From: Candidatus Hermodarchaeota archaeon
GTDB taxonomy: Archaea; Asgardarchaeota; Lokiarchaeia; Sigyniarchaeales; SOKP01
Assembly (NCBI GenBank): GCA_048885525.1
Contig: JBHLLP010000001.1
Location: forward strand, 64,001-128,000
DNA length: 64,000 nucleotides
Reading direction: 5' to 3'
In this document: positions 28,048-37,715 of the stretch, one piece after another
Numbering within the stretch: position 1 is the stretch's first letter
Layout: each line of letters starts with the position of its first letter
Made by a program: the position numbers and the translations under genes
The notes under the pieces: model-generated
Databases searched by the model: none
What the model saw: only the letters and a program-made list of their open reading frames with translations
What the model was told of the DNA's origin: nothing

Positions 28048-29475
28048 CTAGTTTTTAATTTTTGATAATCTTGTGAATAATTCCTCTTCCTTAGTAAGAA
28101 TATTAATCACAGTATTATGCAGTTCACCAAAATCCACATGATTAATACAATCATCTTTATATTCATCACCCGCATTCTTTAATGTTTCTGCGATCAGAGT
28201 CCAATTTTGAGCAGAATCACTAATTATGGGGATGCATTCTTCAATAATACCGAATTCATAAGAATTCCATGCCCTAGGACCTTCTTTAAGCTCAGGATGG
28301 CTTAGTAATTCTTCTAAAAACTCTTTATAGAGCTTTCTGAAAGAACCCCCTCCAGTACCCCAAGTTTCAATGTATCCATGCATAAGCTCAAACATCATGC
28401 GTCCTAAGGATATTTCATTTCCTTTTGAATTTGTAATAGTTTTATTTAATTTATCTCCCCATGTGAGTATAGAATTTGCAAACTGCTTCAAACCTTGAAT
28501 ACCATTAGAATTCATTGAGGGTCGTAGCATGTTATTCACAACTTTTTGAATCGCTAACTTAACGCCTGCTGCTAAAGGTGGATGTTTACCATCAGCACGA
28601 CGTGTCATTGAGAATTGAGTATTCCCTGGATGCATAAACTTCGGTCCATAAGTCGAACTCCTCGCTGTCTTAAGGATATCAATTGGAACTTCTTGAAAAC
28701 CCTCAAATTCAGTGTCACCTATGTATGCAATTCCTATCTCCTCGTTATAACCCCCTAATACTACTGCATGCCCTCCAAAATGAGCCTCTTCCATCTCGTC
28801 ATCAAAACCTTCATAAGGCATATAAGCGATATCTACTCTTAAAATAAGTGGAGTATTTTGTTTTAACATCCTCTTAGATTCCTCCCAAGCTTTATCTGTA
28901 TTCGTGAATGATTGCTTTCTTAGTGTAATACCTAACAATCGACATGCAAGACTATTTGGTTCAATTGTACCTTGTTTTCCTCCTAAGAAGAATGGGATAT
29001 CTGATTTGGGCATAAAGGAAACTTGTCCAGTAGTGTCAAAAAATCCAAATCCCAACGTTGCATCTAAGCCAAAAGCCATAGGTTCGGACATCGGAAATCC
29101 ATAAAACTCGAATAAATCCCTCAATGACGAGGATTCGCAATGAAAACCAATTCGATGTATTAAATTATTTATAATAATACCTTTATCTTGATTTATTCCT
29201 CTTTCCCTATCATGGGTGTTCCCATATATAATGCTTTCAGCATTATTATACCATTCATCTCTTTTCTCCTTTAGAAATTTCCTTTTTAATGGATTTGAAC
29301 CATAAATCTTATGACAATTAGTGCATAAGGGAGTTGCATTATTTTGATCATCTGGACCTCCTTCATTTTGAGGTATTATATGATGAATTTGGATAGTTTC
29401 TAATCTATGGCAAATAGAGCATCTATGAAAGGCTTTATTTCGAACTTCATTTTTTATTTTTTCACTAAATGGCAT
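28048..29475 (-). CDS. HNH endonuclease fused to a BtrH-like cysteine hydrolase
   Basis: N-terminal CSIC...IHHIIP...GG.D...N...LCTNCH (HNH); then GFHCESSSL, HFGGH, YIGD and ETWGTGGGSFR. Confidence 0.8.
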   Translation of the reverse strand: MPFSEKIKNEVRNKAFHRCSICHRLETIQIHHIIPQNEGGPDDQNNATPLCTNCHKIYGSNPLKRKFLKEKRDEWYNNAESIIYGNTHDRERGINQDKGIIINNLIHRIGFHCESSSLRDLFEFYGFPMSEPMAFGLDATLGFGFFDTTGQVSFMPKSDIPFFLGGKQGTIEPNSLACRLLGITLRKQSFTNTDKAWEESKRMLKQNTPLILRVDIAYMPYEGFDDEMEEAHFGGHAVVLGGYNEEIGIAYIGDTEFEGFQEVPIDILKTARSSTYGPKFMHPGNTQFSMTRRADGKHPPLAAGVKLAIQKVVNNMLRPSMNSNGIQGLKQFANSILTWGDKLNKTITNSKGNEISLGRMMFELMHGYIETWGTGGGSFRKLYKEFLEELLSHPELKEGPRAWNSYEFGIIEECIPIISDSAQNWTLIAETLKNAGDEYKDDCINHVDFGELHNTVINILTKEEELFTRLSKIKN

Positions 29476-29537
29476 ATTATCCTCATTTTTTTATTGTAAC
29501 TTTATTATTTAGATAATTGCTGTAAAATCTCAGCAAA

Positions 29538-30122
29538 TTATTTTTCTTTATAATCGTTGGGACCTATTTGTCTCCCGAATTTTTTAAGTTCTTCTAAAAC
29601 CCATTCTATAAATTTGATATCAGTTTCTAAGATCATTATTGGATGTTTAAACAAACCTGTTACATTAATTGGTAATTGGCTATTAACTTCTAGCATTTCC
29701 TCTAATTCTTTTTTATGTTTTTTGATTTTATTAAGTGAATAGTTGAAAACCTTCATCTGTTCCTCAAATGTTAAAACTGGAAACATAGAAAATGCCACAT
29801 AAAAATCTTCATCATTTTTACCATAAAAATCACGTAAAACTTGCTCGATTTTGTTTTTCAATACCTCTGAGCCATAAGGGGTGATATTATATACCTTAAT
29901 CATCCGGTTATCAAGTTCTTCAATCCAAGACTGAACTAACCCATCTTTTTCAAGTTTTTTAAGAACTCCATATATAGAAGATGTCCCGATGCTTGTCCAG
30001 CCTCGCATCCCTCTATTTTCAATCTTTTCATCAATAATTTTTCCATGACATGGTTCCTCCGAGATCAAACCTAAAACAACAAAAGCTACATGACTTAAGT
30101 CATAGTTATTGTTTTCTGACAT
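29538..30122 (-). CDS. PadR-family transcriptional regulator
   Basis: VLGLISEEPCHG, SSIYGVLKKLEKDGLV and KVYNITPYG motifs; C-terminal helical dimerisation region. Confidence 0.88.
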   Translation of the reverse strand: MSENNNYDLSHVAFVVLGLISEEPCHGKIIDEKIENRGMRGWTSIGTSSIYGVLKKLEKDGLVQSWIEELDNRMIKVYNITPYGSEVLKNKIEQVLRDFYGKNDEDFYVAFSMFPVLTFEEQMKVFNYSLNKIKKHKKELEEMLEVNSQLPINVTGLFKHPIMILETDIKFIEWVLEELKKFGRQIGPNDYKEK

Positions 30123-30157
30123 TCTATACGATATAATTTTTTTAATTATGTATTCAG

Positions 30158-30179
30158 ATCGTTCTTATATAAGAATGAT
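30158..30179. promoter_or_regulatory. 22-bp near-perfect palindrome, candidate PadR operator
   Basis: ATCGTTCTTAT/ATAAGAATGAT with one mismatch, between a minus-strand TTTAAATA box (~30192-30199) and the padR start. Confidence 0.6.
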
Positions 30180-30299
30180 ATGATAATAGAATATTTAAAT
30201 CTTATGCAAAAAAATGAAAAATGACAATAAAAAAAAATATTGAAACTAAATCTAAATTTTAATTTACAAATTCATTTCTATTATTAATCTAATAGAAAT

Positions 30300-31070
30300 T
30301 TGTTTTATCCTATGAAACAGGAATACCAAACCTTTTTAAATAAAGTACCTGCATTACGATCTTTAGGAAAAATTGTTCTTACTATCATATATATAATTAG
30401 TTTAATATTAATATCGATTCTATATTTCTTTTATTTAGATCCTATAATATGGTTCATGCCGATTGCAACCCAATCGCTTATGGCTGTGATTGTTGTCATC
30501 ATAGCATACATACATTTACAAAATGCAGAACACTATCGAAAAAAATATGGGGATCTAGCTTACCAAGCCTTTTTTTACCACTATATTATCCCATTATTAG
30601 TAAGTTGGTATGCTCTCTTTTTTCATCCTCTTTTTATTAGTGGAATCCGTTTGTTTCCTTTCCTAATATCAATTATTATGGCAATTATTTTCTTTATTTT
30701 TTTCATTCTAGTTACCATTCATATTGAACGAGCAGGATTTAAAATGATAACTCATGGAATGGATTTATATACTGTTTTTCCTGAAGAAACCTCTATCGTC
30801 CGAGGAGAGATCTATGGTTTTATCCGTCATCCTCTATATCTTTCCCTTACCTGTGGATGTTTTGCTTTAGCATTTATTGCTAATAATCTCATTGCTTTCT
30901 TAGCTGCAATCATTCAATTGATACCTTGTATTTTAGTGGCAAAAATGGAAGATAAGGAACTTATAAAAAGAGTTGGAGATGCTCATAGGGATTATATTAA
31001 TTCTACACAAATAATTTTCCCATTTAAAAGAATTCTCGGCTTTCTTAAGCTTTTATTTTTCTTTAAATAA
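30300..31070 (+). CDS. ICMT/PEMT-family membrane methyltransferase-like protein
   Basis: Multi-TM protein with IYGFIRHPLY and ED.EL motifs. Confidence 0.75.
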   Translation: MFYPMKQEYQTFLNKVPALRSLGKIVLTIIYIISLILISILYFFYLDPIIWFMPIATQSLMAVIVVIIAYIHLQNAEHYRKKYGDLAYQAFFYHYIIPLLVSWYALFFHPLFISGIRLFPFLISIIMAIIFFIFFILVTIHIERAGFKMITHGMDLYTVFPEETSIVRGEIYGFIRHPLYLSLTCGCFALAFIANNLIAFLAAIIQLIPCILVAKMEDKELIKRVGDAHRDYINSTQIIFPFKRILGFLKLLFFFK

Positions 31071-31134
31071 AATTTGGAGGTTAATTAGTACTATAATAAA
31101 TTTTATAAAAGGAATACTTTAAGGTGATTAAAAT

Positions 31135-31467
31135 ATGGATATGAAAGAAATTTTGGAAAAATGTCAATTAACTGAAGAAGAAATGAAGGAGTTTTTACAC
31201 TTAACCAAAAATCTAGACCATAAGGAAGATCATAGTCGCGCTTATAGAACTATGATGAATCAAACGAGGAGAGAACTATTGAAATTTATTGGAATCAATA
31301 TAAAAACATTTGATCAAATAAAAAAAAATTTTCAAGAAGAGGAAGATTTATTAAAATATCATTTAACAATGTTAGAACAACTATTTTACATCATGAATAC
31401 AGAAAGCGGTTGGAAAGCAACCCCAAGAGGTATTGGTTTTTTGAAAAATGCGATAATGGGAGATTGA
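31135..31467 (+). CDS. Small winged-helix protein
   Basis: RRELLKFIG...LKYHL.MLE...WKATPRG wHTH pattern. Confidence 0.65.
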   Translation: MDMKEILEKCQLTEEEMKEFLHLTKNLDHKEDHSRAYRTMMNQTRRELLKFIGINIKTFDQIKKNFQEEEDLLKYHLTMLEQLFYIMNTESGWKATPRGIGFLKNAIMGD

Positions 31468-31605
31468 GGTTTTGGTAAAGCTTACCTTTTTAATTTAAAT
31501 TTCTAGCACATTTATTCTTGATGCGATAAATAATCAGAATTAAAAATTTAAATCGATAAAATTGATTACTCTTCACTTCTGAAAATCTCAAAAAAATAAT
31601 TATAA

Positions 31606-33324
31606 TTAATCTGAAATTTTTATTTTTGGTCTTATTATGATATGTTCACATTTAGGACAGATTTTATAATAACGGTACTCTTGCATAGTGCTAAAAAAGT
31701 TTGATCCAAGGATACCTGCTGGTAAAATAAAAAGTGAAACTCCAAGAAAGGCTAAAGCTATTGTACAAAAACGACCACCTGTAGTAATAGCATAAACATC
31801 ACCAAATCCGGTAGTTGTAAATGTAATAATTCCCATCCATAATGTTGTAGGAATATCTGCAAATTTAGTTGGTTGAGCATTTCTCTCCATATAATATATT
31901 AAAGTAGAAGCGAACATAAGAAATATCCAGCATAACATCACCGTAACTAAAAACTCTCTTTTTGTCTCTTTAAAAATTAACCGGGCCACTCTAAACACAT
32001 CAATAAAATGCCCTATTTTAAATATAACTAACATCCTCAAAATTTGGAGATACAAAACTAAAATACGAACATGACTGAAAACAAACATTAGATATAAAGT
32101 AAAAAGAGTAATGATGTCTATAATAGCAATTGGGCGCAAAACATATCTTAACCTACCCCTAATAGGATCATTATATGTAGGATTTTTTGAAGCAACTATA
32201 CACCAAACTCTTAGGACGTATTCAATGCTAAATGTTATAATCGAAAATATTAATAAAGAATTTAATAAAAAATTAAGCTCTAATGATATTTCTGGGTTAG
32301 TTCCAATCATTATTGCTAATATATTTAGAGTTATAATGCTTAAGAAGAATATAAATACGACCTTTTGCCCTAATTTATTTGGAAATTTAAATTGAATTAA
32401 CTTGTATATTTTCTTTTTATAGTTTCCCTTGGAAGGAATTTCCAAAGTTTTTTTTTTAATTTTCTGCTTTCTTAATTTTCTTATAAACTCAGATTTTTGA
32501 ATAATAACTTTACAATTGGGACAAACCTCCGACGTAGGTTTCCTCTCTTCAAGTTCCTCGAGAAATCCCGATACGATAACACTCGCGGGTAACAAGAATA
32601 ATGTTATTCCTATAAAAGATATACTTCCTGATACTATTTTACCAAATGGAGTTAATGGTACAATATCTCCATAACCTATTGTAAAGAGATTTATTGCTGT
32701 AAACCACATGGCACCAAAAAGATTTGTTATTTTATCCGGCTGGGCTTCATGTTCAGAAATGTAAATTAATGTAGCCCCAAAAAACATCAAAATCAAAGAG
32801 AGCATTAAAGTAATTAATAATTCTTCTTTCTTGCGTTTTATAACCGCCAATATAATTTCAAAGGATCTAGAATAGCGAGTGAATTTAAAGAATACAAATA
32901 ACCGTAATAATCGTGCGATCTCCATCAATTCGTTAAAAAAAAAACTTATTAAAAAAAATATAAATGAAATCGCACTTAGAAAATCAATTATCCCCATAAT
33001 GCTTGTAACATAATTCAATCGTTTTGGAATGGAATCCTCATTTCTAGCTTTCTGATTATAACTCCAAACGCGAAGAGAATATTCTAATAAAAATGAAAAA
33101 CCAGTTATACACGATAATAAAGTAAAAGCTATTTCTAATTGTTGCTGTAAATTTATATTAGTCTCTAATATAGCAATTGTACCATATAAAAGACTGGAAA
33201 AAATCAACCAAATTGCTATTATTTTTGCTGAAATAGTTTTTGTTTTAGGAAAACTCAGACTTCTGAGTACTTGTTCTTTTAAAATATTTACTTCAAATTC
33301 TTTATTTGAATCCATAATTAACAC
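31606..33324 (-). CDS. Tandem two-repeat (2x6TM) voltage-gated-type potassium channel
   Basis: Two repeats, each with EY.LRVW, IID, an S4 segment, AQP.K, a pore helix and a filter (TIGYGD; TTGFGD), and each followed by CPxC. Confidence 0.88.
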   Translation of the reverse strand: MLIMDSNKEFEVNILKEQVLRSLSFPKTKTISAKIIAIWLIFSSLLYGTIAILETNINLQQQLEIAFTLLSCITGFSFLLEYSLRVWSYNQKARNEDSIPKRLNYVTSIMGIIDFLSAISFIFFLISFFFNELMEIARLLRLFVFFKFTRYSRSFEIILAVIKRKKEELLITLMLSLILMFFGATLIYISEHEAQPDKITNLFGAMWFTAINLFTIGYGDIVPLTPFGKIVSGSISFIGITLFLLPASVIVSGFLEELEERKPTSEVCPNCKVIIQKSEFIRKLRKQKIKKKTLEIPSKGNYKKKIYKLIQFKFPNKLGQKVVFIFFLSIITLNILAIMIGTNPEISLELNFLLNSLLIFSIITFSIEYVLRVWCIVASKNPTYNDPIRGRLRYVLRPIAIIDIITLFTLYLMFVFSHVRILVLYLQILRMLVIFKIGHFIDVFRVARLIFKETKREFLVTVMLCWIFLMFASTLIYYMERNAQPTKFADIPTTLWMGIITFTTTGFGDVYAITTGGRFCTIALAFLGVSLFILPAGILGSNFFSTMQEYRYYKICPKCEHIIIRPKIKISD

Positions 33325-33487
33325 GCAAATTTTTAAAATTTCTTAAGTTTAAAGCCCTAGGATAAACTCAATACATTTGTGTTCATTATATTTCATCAAA
33401 TAAATGTTTGATTAAATTTATATAATAACATCTTCTATTCATCTTTAACATCCAATTTATCTTAAAAAATTAAAGGTTGAAATTAAG

Positions 33488-33910
33488 ATGAGTGAGACTA
33501 AAAAGAAAGATTCAAACGAATTATTAAATATTCTAATGATCATAATTGGACTTCTCTTTCTCTTTAAAGCTGTAATGGAATTTTTAGCTTGGGCGGATAT
33601 TATTACACCATCATGGGCAGTTGATCCCGCAGTACTGTCTGTTTTTGGCGGACAAGCAACAGTTTCAACATTATTAGGATTTTGGTGTTTAGTAGCAGGT
33701 GTTGGGTTGTTTAGAGAAGAAGAATATGCATTGGGAATGGGACTGGTCGTATTAAGCATAATGGCAGCCTCAGGTATTATGACTATGATTTCATGGGTGG
33801 GAGGATCTTTTGATGTAGCATATTGGCCCAATTATTTAATAATAATTGCTACTATCGTCGGTGTCTTAGGATTTTTCTGGTTACTATTTACATATAAGAG
33901 ATATGATTAA
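33488..33910 (+). CDS. Four-TM membrane protein
   Basis: Hydrophobic segments, ATG start, T-rich terminator-like tract downstream. Confidence 0.72.
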   Translation: MSETKKKDSNELLNILMIIIGLLFLFKAVMEFLAWADIITPSWAVDPAVLSVFGGQATVSTLLGFWCLVAGVGLFREEEYALGMGLVVLSIMAASGIMTMISWVGGSFDVAYWPNYLIIIATIVGVLGFFWLLFTYKRYD

Positions 33911-34046
33911 ACTAACTATTTTTTGAATTTTAAATTCATAAATCTTTTTTTTTAAATATTTTATAACTTAATTTTTTTATAAATAAAATTGAAAAAAGAG
34001 GATTTTTTATATTAAACAAAGAAAATATTGAAAATCTTCAATTTGT

Positions 34047-34619
34047 ATGTCAAAAATATCCAATAATCAAGTTTTAGGAATTGTTGGTAGTCCTCGTCGA
34101 GGGGGTAACACCGAAATTCTAGTAGATGAAGTATTATCAGGAGCAGAAAATGCTGGAGCTATAATCAAAAAAGTAATATTAAATGATTTAAATATTAATC
34201 CCTGTCAAGCGTGTAATAGTTGTTATAAAACAGGTAAATGTGTGCATAAAGATGATATGATTGAATTACTGGAGAACATGGAGGAAAGTGATATTTGGGT
34301 GCTTGGTACTCCTATATATTGGTGGGGACCCACAGCACAATTTAAACTTTTCTTAGATAGATGGTATTGTCCAAAACATCAAGATTTTAAAGGAAAACAA
34401 GTTATTCTTGTAATTCCCTTTGAAGGAGGTCATCCGAAATATGCACGTCATACAATAGGAATCCTTACAGACGTTTTAGACTATTTAAGTATGGAACTAT
34501 TAGATACTATATTAGCTCCTGGGGTAGGTGCTAGAGGTAAAGTTCGCGAAAAAAGCGATATAATGAAAAATGCATATAAAGCTGGTCAAAAAGCCCTTAT
34601 AATGATAAAAACAACATAA
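34047..34619 (+). CDS. Flavodoxin-fold iron-sulfur flavoprotein (Isf/FMN reductase family)
   Basis: GSPRRGGNT, CQACNSC....C and GTPIYW motifs. Confidence 0.9.
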   Translation: MSKISNNQVLGIVGSPRRGGNTEILVDEVLSGAENAGAIIKKVILNDLNINPCQACNSCYKTGKCVHKDDMIELLENMEESDIWVLGTPIYWWGPTAQFKLFLDRWYCPKHQDFKGKQVILVIPFEGGHPKYARHTIGILTDVLDYLSMELLDTILAPGVGARGKVREKSDIMKNAYKAGQKALIMIKTT

Positions 34620-34642
34620 TGATAATATTAGGTTTTAATTAA

Positions 34643-35305
34643 ATGCAATTAATTGAATTTCTTGAAAAAATTGAATGGTTAGAAAGTATACACCCTTATG
34701 GAAGTGCGTGTATTAGAATTAATAATGAAAAAACTATTTACGTGGATCCAGCTAATTTATCTCAAGCTAATATGAAAAAAAAAGCCGACTTGATCCTTTT
34801 AAGTCATTCTCACGACGATCATTTCTCAATAGATACAATTAAAAATTTGAGGAAACCTTCAACTATTATAGTCTGTCCAAGTGATTGTGAAGAAGTATTG
34901 ATGCAAGAACATATTGAATTCAACATTTATACTGTAAAATCTAGTGAAACTTTAAAATTAAACAAAGTTAAAATTATAACAATTCCTGCCTACTCTACAT
35001 CCGCACACCCAAAATCTGCTGGATGGATTGGTTATATTATAGAAACTAACGGTTTTCGTATTTATCATTCAGGAGATTCAGGTCTCATTCCAGAAATGAA
35101 TAATTTAGAAAATATTGATATTGCATTTCTAACCGTAAGAGAACCTTATATGATGAGTCCAAAGGAAGTGATTCAAGCTATCGACGCTTTTAATCCAAAA
35201 ATTTTAATTCCAATTCATTGGATTATGGAGGAAAAAGCAGATATAGATTATATTGTAGAAAATTCACCAAAGACTACAAAAGTAATAACTCTTAAGATGA
35301 AGTAG
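34643..35305 (+). CDS. Metallo-beta-lactamase-fold hydrolase
   Basis: YVDP, SHSHDDH, YHSGDS and IPIHW motifs. Confidence 0.88.
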   Translation: MQLIEFLEKIEWLESIHPYGSACIRINNEKTIYVDPANLSQANMKKKADLILLSHSHDDHFSIDTIKNLRKPSTIIVCPSDCEEVLMQEHIEFNIYTVKSSETLKLNKVKIITIPAYSTSAHPKSAGWIGYIIETNGFRIYHSGDSGLIPEMNNLENIDIAFLTVREPYMMSPKEVIQAIDAFNPKILIPIHWIMEEKADIDYIVENSPKTTKVITLKMK

Positions 35306-35430
35306 AATATTCTTAATATTAAAATTTACTCATTTTATAAAAACCAAGCGTTATGTAAAATAAAATTATTTAAATTATAATCGATGTAATAATAAATCCT
35401 CTTTCACTACTCTAATAATACATTAAATAA

Positions 35431-35937
35431 TTGAGAAAAACTATGGCAATCAAAGAAGGAGATATAATAAAAGTAGAATATATAGGCACTTTTGATGATG
35501 GAAAAATATTTGACAGTACAGAATTAAACGGAGGTATCCCTTTAAAGTTTGAAGTAGGAGCTGGACAAATAATTCCTGGTTTTGATACCTCTGTAATAGG
35601 TAAAACAGTTGGAGATGAGTTTGATATTAGACTGGACCCTTCTGAGGCGTATGGTGAATATAGGGAAGGGATGATCCAATCTATCCCAAAGGATCAATTT
35701 CCACAAGAACAAGAGCCAAAACCAGGGTTGATGATTTTATTATTAGGTCCACAAGGGCAATCGGTTCCTGCAACTATTAAAGAAGTTGTAGATGATACTG
35801 TTACAATTGATTTAAATCATCCTATGGCAGGTAAAGTGCTAAACTTTAAAATTAAAATAATTGAAACTGGTTGTGAACCCGATCCTCCTCATGCTTGTGG
35901 TTGTGGGCATGATCATAACCATAGTCATAACCATTAA
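35431..35937 (+). CDS. slyD: SlyD-type FKBP peptidyl-prolyl isomerase with His/Cys tail
   Basis: FDST, GQIIPGF, AYG and DLNHPMAGK motifs; C-terminal HACGCGHDHNHSHNH. Confidence 0.88.
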   Translation: MRKTMAIKEGDIIKVEYIGTFDDGKIFDSTELNGGIPLKFEVGAGQIIPGFDTSVIGKTVGDEFDIRLDPSEAYGEYREGMIQSIPKDQFPQEQEPKPGLMILLLGPQGQSVPATIKEVVDDTVTIDLNHPMAGKVLNFKIKIIETGCEPDPPHACGCGHDHNHSHNH

Positions 35938-36094
35938 TTAATTAGTCTAATAACAAAAATTTATGTAAAATTCTTTTTTTACCTTATTTTTAATATATGG
36001 CAAAACAAAAGAATTAACAGAAACTCATTAAATTAAAATTTTTAATCTCATTTTGTAAACCATCATTGGAGTTTAAAATTATATTATTAGGAAA

Positions 36095-37513
36095 ATGACC
36101 AAGGGGATAAGGACAAATTCAGAGAAATCATTCAATAGGATATTTTGGGATCTCTATTTGTTAAATGGATTTCAAAGCGTAGCATATGGAGCTATGATTG
36201 TACTTGTAGTACCTCTTGCTTTAATCATTTGGCCAAATGATCCAGCTGATATTCATGCATTGGAAATGGGGCTTTTATATACGACTTTATCATGGAGTGG
36301 TTCTTTTGCCGGACTATTTTTTGGTAGATTGATTGATAAATACTCTCGAAAAAAAATCATCATATTTATTTCTTTATTCAGAGGATTTTCAATGCTAATT
36401 TTAGGTTTTGCTCTTGAAGGCGGTGGATTTGAAACATGGCTTTATTTTTTTATATTAATATTTATTTTTGGCTTTTTTGCGGGAGGTTCATGGCCAGCTA
36501 TAACCTCATTATCTAATGATGTAGTTCCACGAAATAATCGTTCTAGATTTTTTGGGGTTTATCAAATTGTACTTAATACTACAAATATAATAGGGTGGTT
36601 GATAGCAACGTTTTTAGTCCAAATTGGTCTTTGGAGGATCTTTTTTTGGGGTATTGGGTTACTCATTCTTCTTGGAGGTTTAATTTTTGCTCTTCATAAT
36701 GAAGAACCAAGAAGAGGTGCTCAACAAGAAGAACTATATGAAGTTCTTCAAGATGATTCCATAGAATATGATTTTCAAATAGATTTGAAAATGATGCGAA
36801 AGACAATGCTTAGTAAGACAAATGTTGTAGCTCTTATTGAAGGAATTTTTACTTGTATTCTTATGAGTAGTCTTAATTTTTTGATTTTAAATTATGTCCA
36901 GAATCCACCTTATAATTTAGCTCCATTTTCAATAGGCGTTTTTATGGTGTTATTTGGATTGACTGGGGGATTAGTAGGACAAATATTTTTAGCCAGAGTT
37001 AGTGACAAAATAGCCATTAAAAACCCGATAAGAAGATTGCCAATAATAGTTTTTGCTATAATAGGGGGGCTAATTACTTTTGCTCTTTTCTTTTTCTTTC
37101 CCTGGGTTCCGTTAAGCCCAGAACAAGGTAAGAACATTTTATATATCATGACTATACCCACAATGTGGTTGATGGGGGCATTATTTTTCACATCGAGAAG
37201 TATTTTTTCTCTTTATATTGTAAATCAAAGTCCAGTAATACAACAGATCAATTTACCCGAAGCACAGGGCCAAATAGTTTCTTGGAACCAATTTCTAGAA
37301 CAGTTTGGAAGAGGAATCGGACCATTATTATGTGGTATTTTGTTAGCTTTTACAAGTACAAATTATCAAATAACGGTTTTGATTGTTTGTTTATGTATAC
37401 TTCCTGGAGTAATTTTATGGATTTTAGCAATGAAATGGTTCCCAAGTGATAAGGAAAACATAAGAACTATTTTAGCTAATCGTGCTGAGATTTTAAACTC
37501 TCAGAAGAAATAA
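36095..37513 (+). CDS. MFS transporter
   Basis: GRLIDKYSRK motif A; about 12 TM segments. Confidence 0.88.
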   Translation: MTKGIRTNSEKSFNRIFWDLYLLNGFQSVAYGAMIVLVVPLALIIWPNDPADIHALEMGLLYTTLSWSGSFAGLFFGRLIDKYSRKKIIIFISLFRGFSMLILGFALEGGGFETWLYFFILIFIFGFFAGGSWPAITSLSNDVVPRNNRSRFFGVYQIVLNTTNIIGWLIATFLVQIGLWRIFFWGIGLLILLGGLIFALHNEEPRRGAQQEELYEVLQDDSIEYDFQIDLKMMRKTMLSKTNVVALIEGIFTCILMSSLNFLILNYVQNPPYNLAPFSIGVFMVLFGLTGGLVGQIFLARVSDKIAIKNPIRRLPIIVFAIIGGLITFALFFFFPWVPLSPEQGKNILYIMTIPTMWLMGALFFTSRSIFSLYIVNQSPVIQQINLPEAQGQIVSWNQFLEQFGRGIGPLLCGILLAFTSTNYQITVLIVCLCILPGVILWILAMKWFPSDKENIRTILANRAEILNSQKK

Positions 37514-37715
37514 TATCCTAATTTGAGATATAAGAAGATATTTTTATCGCTAAATGATTATTCAAATTAAAAAATGTTAGGATCTATATATTTCTATAGA
37601 GATTTAATTCAATACTTACCAAAGGCTTAAAAATATTAAAATCAAATAAATTATAAAGTCATATTAAATCTATTCAAAATCTATTTGAATTGGAAAATAA
37701 GGTGCGAAAAAATTT

